A stretch of 64,000 bases of DNA from Patescibacteria group bacterium (GTDB lineage Bacteria; Patescibacteriota; Minisyncoccia; Moranbacterales; DUUL01): contig WGDO01000087.1 in the NCBI GenBank assembly GCA_015493225.1, positions 514-64,513 of the forward strand, given 5' to 3'. The position numbers were made by a program, and so were the translations under genes. A model generated the notes under the pieces. That model searched no databases. It worked only from the letters and a program-made list of their open reading frames with translations, and was not told the DNA's origin. Of this stretch, positions 29,531-39,632 are shown piece by piece. The number at the start of each line of letters is the position of its first letter. The first letter of the stretch is position 1.

Positions 29531-29685
29531 GTAAATTTTACTTAATATTTTTTTATTTTTAAGTAGCATTAAAACTTAAAATCCAAATCCACCCCTAACC
29601 ATTTTTTGTTCACGGTTCACAGTTCACAGTTCACGGTTTATTTTTTAAAAAGTTTCACAAGACAGGTGTTGGAGGGAAACTAGAT

Positions 29686-29790
29686 AAATCCACCCCTAAC
29701 CCCTCCTTTATCCCATTACGCCAAGGCTACGCGGGACAAGCGCTGGAGGGGAACTACTATCTACCATCTACTATCTACTATCTACTATCT
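29686..29790. repeat. scaffold palindrome with nested hairpin plus TCTACTA heptamer array
   Basis: AAATCCACCCCTAACCCCTCCTTTA[TCCCATTACGCCAAGGCTACGCGGGACAAG]CGCTGGAGGGGAA then (CTACTAT)n. Confidence 0.9.
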
Positions 29791-30951
29791 ATCCCCCAAC
29801 CCAAACTCCCCTTCCTCAATCTGTTTTTTCACATCATCCCCCACCACCGACCTAGTGGATAGATTTTGTAAAAACTTTCCTCGTTGTTCCCCGGCCATCA
29901 ATTCCAATTCTCCACTTCTTTGCTTAAATAATGGTATCAAAGTAAATTTAACTTGTCCATCTCCCAGTAAAACTCCCACTCCTAAAATAGACCGAACATC
30001 TTCAGAAAAATATTGGTCAAAAACAAAATTTCCCAAAGAATAAAAAATCACTTTATTTTTATAAATTTCAATGGGCTGAACCACATGAGGATGAGCGCCG
30101 ATAATCAGATCCGCTCCGGCGTCAATAAACAGATGAGCCAATTTTTGCTGTCGCTCATTATTAACTAATTTATATTCTTGCCCCCAGTGAGGATAAACAA
30201 TCACAAAATCGCTCTGCGTCTTCAGGGTTTTAATAATCTCAACAATTTGCTCCGGAAAAAAACCAGCAAACTGATTATAATTCACAAAACCAATTTTCCG
30301 TCCTCCCACATTCTTTATAATACTCATCTTAGCTAAATCCAAGGGATCTCCAAAATAACCAATACTATTCTTAGTTAAAATCTCCTCTGTCTGTTCTAAA
30401 CCTTCATTATGAAAATTTAAAATATGATTATTACCAATGTTTACCAAATTTATCCGATTAGCCTCCAAAAAATTAATGGCTTGTTCGGAATCAAAAGTAA
30501 AACGAAAGTGATTGGGATTTTCAACCGGCTGACCAACCGACACCGATGGCTTATCGGTAATCGGACCTTCTAAGTTAACCACATTTAAATCCTGTCCCCA
30601 AAATAACCGCTCCAATTTTTCCGTAAAAAATCCCACACCCTTTCTGTCCATCAAAATCCTATTCTGCCGATCCAACATCACATCCCCAAAAAATAACATT
30701 TTTATTTGTTTTATTTTTTTGTTTTGTTTTATTTTTAAATCATCATCCGTCTCAACCCTACCGGTTAAACTACCTAAAATTGTTTTAACATCATTCTTGT
30801 CTTGATTGTTATTTTCAACCTTCCCAATAATATTACCACCACGCACTATCACATTATTATTTGATAAAATATATTTTCCAAACAAAAAAAGAATAACTAT
30901 TAAAATAGCTAAAATTATTACTATAAAAACATTTCTTTTCTTGATGCTCAT
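29785..30951 (-). CDS. CapA/PGA_cap family metallophosphoesterase
   Basis: GDVML, NLEGP, GNNH, HWG.EY, GAHPHV, YSLGNF. Confidence 0.93.
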   Translation of the reverse strand: MSIKKRNVFIVIILAILIVILFLFGKYILSNNNVIVRGGNIIGKVENNNQDKNDVKTILGSLTGRVETDDDLKIKQNKKIKQIKMLFFGDVMLDRQNRILMDRKGVGFFTEKLERLFWGQDLNVVNLEGPITDKPSVSVGQPVENPNHFRFTFDSEQAINFLEANRINLVNIGNNHILNFHNEGLEQTEEILTKNSIGYFGDPLDLAKMSIIKNVGGRKIGFVNYNQFAGFFPEQIVEIIKTLKTQSDFVIVYPHWGQEYKLVNNERQQKLAHLFIDAGADLIIGAHPHVVQPIEIYKNKVIFYSLGNFVFDQYFSEDVRSILGVGVLLGDGQVKFTLIPLFKQRSGELELMAGEQRGKFLQNLSTRSVVGDDVKKQIEEGEFGLGDR

Positions 30952-30998
30952 TAAAAATATCTTTAATTACTCCTATCTTAATTATTAATTTCTCACTC

Positions 30999-32456
30999 TT
31001 AATTCTTAATTAATCTCTCTCCCACCAGATAAACATCGCCGGCACCCATGGTTATTAAAAGGTCGTTTGATCGAAGAGTTTTTTGAAAATATTTTATGGA
31101 TTCGGGAATAGTGTGAAGGTTTTTGACTGTTTTGTCGGGATTTTGTTTCTTTATTAAATCAATTAAATCGTCACTGGAAACTCTTCCTTGCTTCTCACGA
31201 GCAGAACCAAAAATATCTAACAGATAAATTTCATCGGCATCCGCAAAACTCTGAGAGAATTCTTCCAACAATGCTTCCGTCCGAGTAAAAGTATGAGGAT
31301 GAAAAATACATTTTATATTTTTATCAGGATATCTATTTTTAGTCGCTTGCAAAGTCGCTTGCACCTCCACTGGATGATGAGCATAGTCGTCTATAATCAA
31401 AACTCCCTTGTATTCTCCTTTTGTTTCAAATCGTCGAGCCGTTCCCTGAAAATTTTGCAAAGCTTGACGAACCTTTTGCTCGTCTAATCCTAATTTTTGA
31501 CAAACCTTAAAAGCACCCATGGCATTCAATAAATTATGCTTGCCAAATAATTGCATTTTTTCTTTGGCTTGACGAATAGCCGGACAACAACCAAATGTTT
31601 TGCCGTGGCAATTATCGTCAGCGCAAAAGCTGTCATCCAACAATACTTCCCTGGCCCCAACTTCATCATAAAAAATTACCTCACATTTTGCTGACTGAGT
31701 TATTTCCACCACATTTTTATCTCCGGCATAGGCCACCAAAAAACCATCTTCCGGAATTCGGGCTACAAAATTTCTAAACACCTGCTTATATTCTTCTTCG
31801 CTCTTAAAAAAATCCGGATGATCATAATCGGCCGAAGTTAAAATCACCGCCCGAGGATTATAATATTGTAATTTATTTTGATATTCATCCGCCTCAATTA
31901 CAAAATACTTTGCAAAGGTCGGGCCTTTGCAACTATCGGTAATTAAAGTATTGCTCTGCCACTCCAAAACCTTTGAGCCAACCAAAGCAGTTAAATTTTC
32001 CACACCTGCTCTTTCCATAGCCGTCGCCAACATCGCCGTAGTAGTTGTTTTACCATGAGTTCCGCACACAGCAATTCCAAATTCTGCTTGATTAAAAACC
32101 ATTCCCAGAGCCTGGGGATAACTCATTATTTTAAAATGCTGTTCAGTAGTCTCCATGGCATATTTTAATTCAGGATTTGTTTCCGGTTGAACTGAAGTGG
32201 AATAAATTATTAAATCTATCTTCCCTACTCCGCCTAAATCATCTTTTATATCCTGAAAACTACTCTCTAAATTTTTCTCATCAAACTTATGAAAAACCTG
32301 AATTCCCTTCTTTTTCAAAACATCATAATAAAAATGATCTCCCTCATCTGAGCCAGTAATATTTTTCCCCTGAGCTTGCAAAATAGACGCCAACGCCGAC
32401 GTTCCCGCCCCTTCGATTCCAATTATATAAATATTTTTAATTGTATCTAGATTCAT
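30999..32456 (-). CDS. murC: UDP-N-acetylmuramate--L-alanine ligase
   Basis: GTHGKTTT, EADE, DHPD, RRFE, DDYAHHP, FHPHTFTRT, MGAGD. Confidence 0.95.
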   Translation of the reverse strand: MNLDTIKNIYIIGIEGAGTSALASILQAQGKNITGSDEGDHFYYDVLKKKGIQVFHKFDEKNLESSFQDIKDDLGGVGKIDLIIYSTSVQPETNPELKYAMETTEQHFKIMSYPQALGMVFNQAEFGIAVCGTHGKTTTTAMLATAMERAGVENLTALVGSKVLEWQSNTLITDSCKGPTFAKYFVIEADEYQNKLQYYNPRAVILTSADYDHPDFFKSEEEYKQVFRNFVARIPEDGFLVAYAGDKNVVEITQSAKCEVIFYDEVGAREVLLDDSFCADDNCHGKTFGCCPAIRQAKEKMQLFGKHNLLNAMGAFKVCQKLGLDEQKVRQALQNFQGTARRFETKGEYKGVLIIDDYAHHPVEVQATLQATKNRYPDKNIKCIFHPHTFTRTEALLEEFSQSFADADEIYLLDIFGSAREKQGRVSSDDLIDLIKKQNPDKTVKNLHTIPESIKYFQKTLRSNDLLITMGAGDVYLVGERLIKN

Positions 32457-32539
32457 ATTGCTTGGTTGTCAGTTAATAGTTTATATTCTTTTAATTAATA
32501 TTTACCAACAATCCTTATATTATTTCAAAATTATTTATC

Positions 32540-33388
32540 CTATTTATTTTCTAAAGACTCAACAATGCTTCTTAGATATTTTAATGCCTCAATATCCGCA
32601 CTTATAAATTTATCGCTATTACTATATTCATTTTTCTCATTTTCTTTTAGCGTTATCACAATTGTTCCAAAATCAATGAATTTCAATTCTTTTTCCCCTT
32701 CATTACTTACAACACATAAATTATTTTTACCATGCAAATCAATAAACACTCCCTTTTCATTCAATTCCTCTGTCAATTTAACAAATTCAACAAAATCATT
32801 TTTTAATTTTTTATTACCCCTCAACAATTTAATTAGTTCTTCTAAAGGATATTGTAGTACGCCCCTTAAATCATTTCCCAAAAATTCTTGAATAGATATT
32901 ATTGCCAATCTGTTGTTATTAGTACTTTTACCAACTACTATATTTGTGTCAACAATTAAACCTTTAATATTTTTATAGTATTTTCTTAAGATTGTATTCC
33001 ATTTTTTTTCATTAGAAGCCTTGTTAACAACATTATCTAAAACAACTTTATATGGGGCCAACTCTACTTTAACAACAAATGTACCACCTTTTGTTTCCAG
33101 CTTATAGACATAACTACGCATTCCTTTATCAATAAAGACAAAATCATTTTCTTGAGTATTTATCGGAAGCTGTTCTATATTAATATTCAATAATCTATCT
33201 TCTAATTTTGCCGATATCAAATCAGGTAACATAGCACTAATAATACTTGCCAACGCAGAGGCTTTTATATCTAAACCTGTGTCTGACAACAAAATATCCA
33301 GAGCCCTACCAACCTCTTTCCTACCAATTATATTTCTAGCCCTTACTCCTTCTTCTATAGCGTATCCCCAATCTTTTTTATCCGACAT
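32540..33388 (-). CDS. orphan protein with kinase-like fold
   Basis: GMRSYVY, VVKVE, QEF hinge, DLHGKNN, IDFG in kinase order. Confidence 0.6.
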   Translation of the reverse strand: MSDKKDWGYAIEEGVRARNIIGRKEVGRALDILLSDTGLDIKASALASIISAMLPDLISAKLEDRLLNINIEQLPINTQENDFVFIDKGMRSYVYKLETKGGTFVVKVELAPYKVVLDNVVNKASNEKKWNTILRKYYKNIKGLIVDTNIVVGKSTNNNRLAIISIQEFLGNDLRGVLQYPLEELIKLLRGNKKLKNDFVEFVKLTEELNEKGVFIDLHGKNNLCVVSNEGEKELKFIDFGTIVITLKENEKNEYSNSDKFISADIEALKYLRSIVESLENK

Positions 33389-33405
33389 ATAATTTAAATT
33401 TTAAC

Positions 33406-34251
33406 TTAAAACTCCAAAAACTTCCCTTCCAAATAATTCTTAATTGGCTCGGCGGTGGTTTGGGTAATTTTCTCCGGCAAATTATCCATCGCAAACCAGC
33501 CAATCTTATCACACTTATGAGGCTCCATATTCTTTGGCTGACCACTTTTTATCTTGGCAATAAAATTTAAAGCTACCCAGTGTTCAATTTTTTCACCCCC
33601 TGTGCTGAGCCCAGCGGATGCAGGGTAAAGGGGGTCATCCCCCCTTTCGCGAAAAGGGGGATGGGGAGTTTTTATAATATGATCAGTATGAAGCAAGTAA
33701 CCAACAATCTCCACCTTAATACCCAATTCTTCTTTCATTTCCCTAATCATTGCCTTTTCTGCCGTCTCTCCGAACTTCACCCCTCCACCAGGCTTGCTCC
33801 ACCAACCAGCCTCATTACGAACTTCACCCGCCCGCCGAATTAACAAAACTTCCTTTTTATCATTAAAAATCAAACACCCTCCCCCAACACCAATGTAATC
33901 TTTACCTTTTATTAATTTAGATTGCTCTGCATTGCTAGCTTCTCCGTTAATTATGGCTACTTTATTTTTTCTATAAATAAAAACTTGCCATAAAATTATA
34001 CCCGTAGTTAAAACTCCAAGGCCTTGCCCTATAATTATTACTTTATCATTTTTTAACACTCCATAATATGCCCAAAGCAAATATGCTAGCCAGGCTATAA
34101 CCCAAAATGAAATAGACTGTCCCTCAGTCGACTTCCGTCTATAATTTTTTCTAATTTGATCTGGTAATCCAATAACTTTTACCAATATTCCGATGGCCAG
34201 TGTCAGAAATGATACAACCCCAATAAGTGTAATTGATTGTAATAATTCCAT
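33406..34251 (-). CDS. PQ-loop/SemiSWEET-like domain fused to a Nudix hydrolase
   Basis: 3 TMs with LPDQIRKNYRRKSTEG.S; Nudix box GGVKFGETAEKAMIREMKEELG. Confidence 0.85.
   Translation of the reverse strand: MELLQSITLIGVVSFLTLAIGILVKVIGLPDQIRKNYRRKSTEGQSISFWVIAWLAYLLWAYYGVLKNDKVIIIGQGLGVLTTGIILWQVFIYRKNKVAIINGEASNAEQSKLIKGKDYIGVGGGCLIFNDKKEVLLIRRAGEVRNEAGWWSKPGGGVKFGETAEKAMIREMKEELGIKVEIVGYLLHTDHIIKTPHPPFRERGDDPLYPASAGLSTGGEKIEHWVALNFIAKIKSGQPKNMEPHKCDKIGWFAMDNLPEKITQTTAEPIKNYLEGKFLEF
33594..33673. repeat. modular palindromic element inserted in frame in the Nudix gene
   Basis: CACCCCCTGTG[..]TAAAGGGGGTCA[hairpin]TGGGGAGTTTTT. Confidence 0.9.
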
Positions 34252-34273
34252 ATAAAATTTATTTTAATATTTT

Positions 34274-35695
34274 TTAATTCCTCCTCCCCCCTAATAACGC
34301 TGGGAGGGTTTTTAGAATGATTTTAATATCTCCCCAGAGAGACCAATTTTCGATGTAAAAAATATCCAAACGAACTTCATCTTCAAAGCTCAAATCACTT
34401 CGTCCAGAAACCTGAGCCATCCCGGTAATTCCTGGTTTAATAGTTAAGACTCGTTTAGCATAATCCTGATATTTTTCCACTTCCAAAGGTTGATGCGGAC
34501 GAGGACCAACTAAACTCATTTTCCCCATTAAAACATTAAAAAATTGCGGTAACTCATCAATAGAATATTTTTCCAAAAATGTTCCCACCTTCGTCTTACG
34601 AGGATCATCTTTGATTTTATACAAAGGCCCACTTTTAATAGATTGTTTTTGAATTAATTTTTTCAAATAAGACAAAGCCCGTTGATTATGCTCATCAGAA
34701 TATTGTTTACCATGACAATATTTATTTTTCATATAACGAAATTTATACAAATCAAAATTACCCTTATGCCCCACTCTTTCATTTTTAAAAATAATTGGCC
34801 AACCATCACTCAACCAAATAACCAAAGCAGACAACAACATTGGAATACCAAAAATAATAATTCCTACGCTTGCCCCCACAACGTCAAAAACTCTTTTTAA
34901 AATTTTTCCCCAACCATCCAAAGAAGTATTTTTAATTTCAATCAACGGTTCTCCTAAAAAAATTTCCACATCAAAATTAGAGGATTGCAACATTGTTGGT
35001 AAGTACTTGAAAACAATCCGATGCCTAATGCAATAATCTTTTAGCTTCAACAGCTTACCCTTATCAACCCCTGGTGTACATTCAATAATTTCATCAATCC
35101 CTTTTAATTTTTTAATTCTCTTAATTCGTTCAATATCCATATGGTCCAAATGCCCCACCACTTCATAACCCAACGAAGTATTTATATCTGTTTGTCTTTT
35201 AATATTAGCACAAAAATTATTCACCCCTATCAATAACAACCTATGTTTTCCGACACCTTTCACAGCCATTAAATACTTTTGTATTCTTCTTAGGATAATT
35301 CTACCAAAAGTCACAAAAACAAAAACTAAAATTCCTCCAACTAAAATAATAAATCGAGAAGAAAATACATCTCGATTCAAAAAGAATAAAACTATCATAA
35401 AAGTAACACCAATGGCTGTCGCCCTAAACACCTGATAAATTTGCTTCAAAATTTTGGCAGTTGTTTTTGTACGATAAAGGCCATCCAAAGCATATATAAA
35501 AACAAATAACATCCCCACAAGCAATAAACCCCTGGCATATTCTCCTTTTGGTATAATTTCTGATTGAGGCAGTGGATATTTTTCAATCATAGAAGAATAA
35601 AAACGCCAATAATAAACCGTTACCCCAGCCAATAAAACCATCATATAATCAATGGGTATTTGAAGTGCGCTAAAAAATAATTCTGATTTTTTCAT
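34274..35695 (-). CDS. polyprenyl-phosphate sugar phosphotransferase (WcaJ/WbaP family)
   Basis: KRVFD, KFRYM, DPR, SIDELPQ, MSLVGPRP, PGITG.AQV. Confidence 0.95.
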   Translation of the reverse strand: MKKSELFFSALQIPIDYMMVLLAGVTVYYWRFYSSMIEKYPLPQSEIIPKGEYARGLLLVGMLFVFIYALDGLYRTKTTAKILKQIYQVFRATAIGVTFMIVLFFLNRDVFSSRFIILVGGILVFVFVTFGRIILRRIQKYLMAVKGVGKHRLLLIGVNNFCANIKRQTDINTSLGYEVVGHLDHMDIERIKRIKKLKGIDEIIECTPGVDKGKLLKLKDYCIRHRIVFKYLPTMLQSSNFDVEIFLGEPLIEIKNTSLDGWGKILKRVFDVVGASVGIIIFGIPMLLSALVIWLSDGWPIIFKNERVGHKGNFDLYKFRYMKNKYCHGKQYSDEHNQRALSYLKKLIQKQSIKSGPLYKIKDDPRKTKVGTFLEKYSIDELPQFFNVLMGKMSLVGPRPHQPLEVEKYQDYAKRVLTIKPGITGMAQVSGRSDLSFEDEVRLDIFYIENWSLWGDIKIILKTLPALLGGRRN

Positions 35696-35765
35696 GACCC
35701 TACGAAACTACGAATTAACTACAAATATACGAATATACAAAATCACTCTTTTAAATCCCCTATCC

Positions 35766-35862
35766 ACCAAGTTTTCTAGATGTTATTTTCAGACTTTGAC
35801 ACCTTCTTTAATCAACAAAGTATCAAACATCAAGTAGAAAATAACATCAAGAAAACTTGGTA
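35766..35862. repeat. long imperfect palindrome upstream of the sugar transferase
   Basis: CCAAGTTTTCT.GATGTTATTTTC ... GAAAATAACATC.AGAAAACTTGG. Confidence 0.7.
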
Positions 35863-35926
35863 AAACATTAAGAAAAAAAACCATAGATAAGTTCCACATT
35901 ACTATTAGTATACAGCATTCTCTCTA

Positions 35927-35958
35927 AAAAATAAAGACACTTGAAGTGTCTTTATTTT
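35927..35958 (-). terminator. terminator after rnpB
   Basis: AAAATAAAGACACT-TGA-AGTGTCTTTATTTT perfect hairpin. Confidence 0.8.
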
Positions 35959-35960
35959 GA

Positions 35961-36388
35961 TGACCAATCTTTAAGCCGGGTTCTGTTTAGATAATCATTT
36001 ATCTACGTTAATTATTACTAATTAACTTTAGCGGTTCAAATTCTAAATTAATAGAAAATACGACTTTACATCAGATAGGGTTTACCACTCAATCCAACCC
36101 ATACTAATGAACTGGATTTCAAACTCGCCATCACTGACAAGCGCGCCGGGTAATTCCGAAAAATACCCCGACACTTTTCACCTTTCTCCAGCTCCTGCAA
36201 GCAGGGGCTGGGTAGTATAGTCTCTGCGGCACTGTCCCTGAATAATTATTACTAATTATCCGATTGGCGTTACCAATTATCATTAAGAATTTAATCTCAC
36301 GATGCCCAGACTTTCCTCCCAGTCCTGAATTTAAAATTTTTTAATAAAAAATTTTAAATTCAGAGCTGGGTAATTATCAAATCAGTCC
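35961..36388 (-). ncRNA. rnpB: RNase P RNA
   Basis: GAGGAAAGTCTGGGC near the 5' end, AGTGCCGCAGAGAC, GGTAAACCC, and ACAGAACCCGGCTTA near the 3' end; ends pair as P1. Confidence 0.95.
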
Positions 36389-36393
36389 TACCT

Positions 36394-36422
36394 AATATAC
36401 CAGAAAAACCCTCCTTTGTCAA
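36394..36422 (-). promoter_or_regulatory. rnpB promoter
   Basis: TTGACA-17-TATATT with extended -10 TG, about 6 nt before the RNA start. Confidence 0.85.
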
Positions 36423-36549
36423 GATAATTTGTACATTTCACAGAAGTTAAAGTAATCAATAGCTTATCCCAAAGTTAGTGCGGTCGTCGCAACTTTGGGA
36501 AAAATTATTGCCAATAATGTAGATTGCTGTTAAACTAAAATTGGTTAAT

Positions 36550-36775
36550 AAATCCACCCCCAACCCCTCCTTTACCAAAGGAGGGGAACCAAAGAAAATC
36601 CACCCCCAACCCCTCCTTTTTTAGCAAAGGGGAAATTTTCCACAGCTTCCACCCTTTGTAAAGGGGAGATTGAGGGGGGATTTTAAAACTAAATCCACCC
36701 CTAACCCCTCCTTTACAAAGGAGGGGAAATAAGGAAATCCGCCCCTAATCCCTCCTTTATTAAAGGAGGAGAACA
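36550..36775. repeat. array of five scaffold palindromes (BIME-like, one inverted)
   Basis: AAATCC(A/G)CCCC(C/T)AACCCCTCCTTT-N-AAAGGAGGGGAA units. Confidence 0.92.
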
Positions 36776-36802
36776 AAAAGGAGAAACTAAAAAAAATACT
36801 CT

Positions 36803-37111
36803 ATGAAATTTACTCTTCAAAACAAACTAAGTCACAACACCGAATATGTTATGCGCAAAGCCGGCTATACATATATTTTTGATAAAATTTCCCAACATGG
36901 CAGTTTTGTCCATAGACTTACCGCTGAACGCTATCCCCGTTTTCATTTATACATCACCGAAAATGAACAAGGAACTACCTTTGATCTTCATCTTGACCAA
37001 GCCAGGTCTCGCTACCAAGGACAAAAAGCTCATCGAGCTGATTATGAAAGTGAAGAAGTTAAGGCAGAGTTGGCGAGGATTTATTATGTTATTAAAGAGT
37101 TTTTAATTTAA
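36803..37111 (+). CDS. hypothetical protein
   Basis: 102-aa ORF with motif-like YPRFHLY and LHLDQ. Confidence 0.75.
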   Translation: MKFTLQNKLSHNTEYVMRKAGYTYIFDKISQHGSFVHRLTAERYPRFHLYITENEQGTTFDLHLDQARSRYQGQKAHRADYESEEVKAELARIYYVIKEFLI

Positions 37112-37137
37112 CCGGCCCCTACGAAAATATGAATTAA

Positions 37138-37906
<769 letters not shown>

Positions 37907-37929
37907 TTTTTTATCTCACCCTATTATAT

Positions 37930-38712
37930 TTATCTATTCATACAACATCTAAATTTGTTATCACTACTACTGAGTTCACTCCCGATGTCACCATTATTAT
38001 CAATATAAAAATTGTTACTCGTATCAACCACATCAGCTGTCCATTCATTTTCTCCATTACCAATATCATCAGTTAAAGTTAGCCCATTCACACCCTTAGC
38101 CGCCAATAACTCTGCCGTCGTGCAAAGTCTTTTCCCAGCATCAGCACACAAATTAATGGCATTATTCCAATTAGAATCAGAATGCAAATTACCTTCTACA
38201 CAAAAATCTGCTACTCGCCTATAATCAGTAGGACAATTCGGCATTGCATAGGCCTCCAAAGACCGACCCACTTTTTCTTCTGCTAACTGACCATAAATTC
38301 CCGTCGCCCGCACGGCAATTATTTTATCAAGGGTTGTGTCGGGATTTATAATAATTTTACGATCTTGATTTGTATTTCCCAGCAAATAGATTTCACACCC
38401 TGATTTACCATCGTCAAAAAAACCACTCGGGCAAGAAATTTTTCCATCACCATCCATCGTTTGAGGAGCAAAAGCTTGAGCAATCGTTTGCACATTACCA
38501 CTGCTCACTGTGGCATCATTAATTTTCTTCAAAGCCCACTCAATGCCACTATTAGCACCTTGAAAAGCCGTTACTGATTTTTTACTCTTGGTAGTCATTT
38601 TTCTCTCCACCACCGAGATAGAAACCATTGCCACCGAAATAGACAACGCTCCCACCAAGGCCAGCAATGTCAAAATTAAAATCGAACCTTCTTGTTTTTT
38701 TTGTTTTTTCAT
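37930..38712 (-). CDS. PilX-like minor pilin with C-terminal FGE/C-type-lectin-fold domain
   Basis: QEGSILIL, AFQGANSGIEWAL; W..A...C...GKRLCT..E, EWT, FRCC. Confidence 0.75.
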   Translation of the reverse strand: MKKQKKQEGSILILTLLALVGALSISVAMVSISVVERKMTTKSKKSVTAFQGANSGIEWALKKINDATVSSGNVQTIAQAFAPQTMDGDGKISCPSGFFDDGKSGCEIYLLGNTNQDRKIIINPDTTLDKIIAVRATGIYGQLAEEKVGRSLEAYAMPNCPTDYRRVADFCVEGNLHSDSNWNNAINLCADAGKRLCTTAELLAAKGVNGLTLTDDIGNGENEWTADVVDTSNNFYIDNNGDIGSELSSSDNKFRCCMNR

Positions 38713-38777
38713 TTGTTTGTATTAATTGTTATCATTTTTTAAAAAAACTAAACCAATTCCAAAGGCTATTTCCTAGC

Positions 38778-38910
38778 TTCCCCCCTTTGTAAAGGGGGGA
38801 TTGAGGGGGGATTTTAAAGATTTTAAAACTAAAAAACTAAATCCACCCCTAACCCCTCCTTTATCCCACTACGCCTAAACGGCTACGCAGGACAAGCGCT
38901 AGAGGGGGAA
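38778..38910. repeat. inverted pair of scaffold palindromes, second with nested hairpin
   Basis: TTCCCCCCTTTGTAAAGGGGGATTGAGGGGGATTTT and AATCCACCCCTAACCCCTCCTTTA[TCCCACTACGCC..GGCTACGCAGGACAAG]. Confidence 0.9.
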
Positions 38911-38912
38911 AA

Positions 38913-39578
38913 TTAGAACTCTACTCCACTTTCTCTAGTATAATCCAAAATAGAAACTCCTGTCTGAATATGAGCCTCGGCACTATCCGTTGGGTCTCCA
39001 GATTGTAATCCTTTCTTATAATAAATATCCACATTTATTCTCACAAAACCACGGTGAGGATCATCACTGGAAACATCAGTATTTAAAACATTAAAAGTAC
39101 CAGAAACATCAACCTTACTACTTCCTAATATATCAGTTGCCAAAGAAGAATTAATACCATCACAATCAACTATAGCATTATAAGGACCCGCATTTTGAAT
39201 AATATTACCCGCTCCAATCTGTAGAGCATAAGATTTCACTGTCATTTTTTTATTGCTTCCATTATCAACAAACTGATAACAATATTTAGTAACTGTCAAA
39301 TTATCTATAAAAAACAAAGATTGACCATCAGGAGACACAATAACATTAGAACTAGTCCTCACCTTTTTAGCCAAGTCATCAATGGCATAACGAGCATTAT
39401 CCATTGTTTCTTGCATCGCTTGAGACTTTGTACTAGCTTTAATGGCATTCACAGAAAACATCACCACTCCACCGATAATCAAAGTAAAAATAGCCATGGC
39501 CACTACTACTTCTATTAAGGTAAATCCACCCCTACCAAAATCTTTATCTTCTTTTTTAAAAATTGAAACCTTAGTCAT
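38913..39578 (-). CDS. minor pilin (PilW-like)
   Basis: GFTLIEVVVAM prepilin motif. Confidence 0.85.
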   Translation of the reverse strand: MTKVSIFKKEDKDFGRGGFTLIEVVVAMAIFTLIIGGVVMFSVNAIKASTKSQAMQETMDNARYAIDDLAKKVRTSSNVIVSPDGQSLFFIDNLTVTKYCYQFVDNGSNKKMTVKSYALQIGAGNIIQNAGPYNAIVDCDGINSSLATDILGSSKVDVSGTFNVLNTDVSSDDPHRGFVRINVDIYYKKGLQSGDPTDSAEAHIQTGVSILDYTRESGVEF

Positions 39579-39632
39579 TTAAATTATTTATATTTTAAAA
39601 TTACGGATTATACGAAAAACCATTAATTCTAG

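Noticed and set aside
36404-36423. rnpB promoter derived from the scaffold repeat
   Set aside because: Only a short CCCTCCTTTG match, too little to support homology
36550-36775. CRISPR array
   Set aside because: Units vary, one is inverted, linkers are only about 4-11 nt, and there are no cas genes
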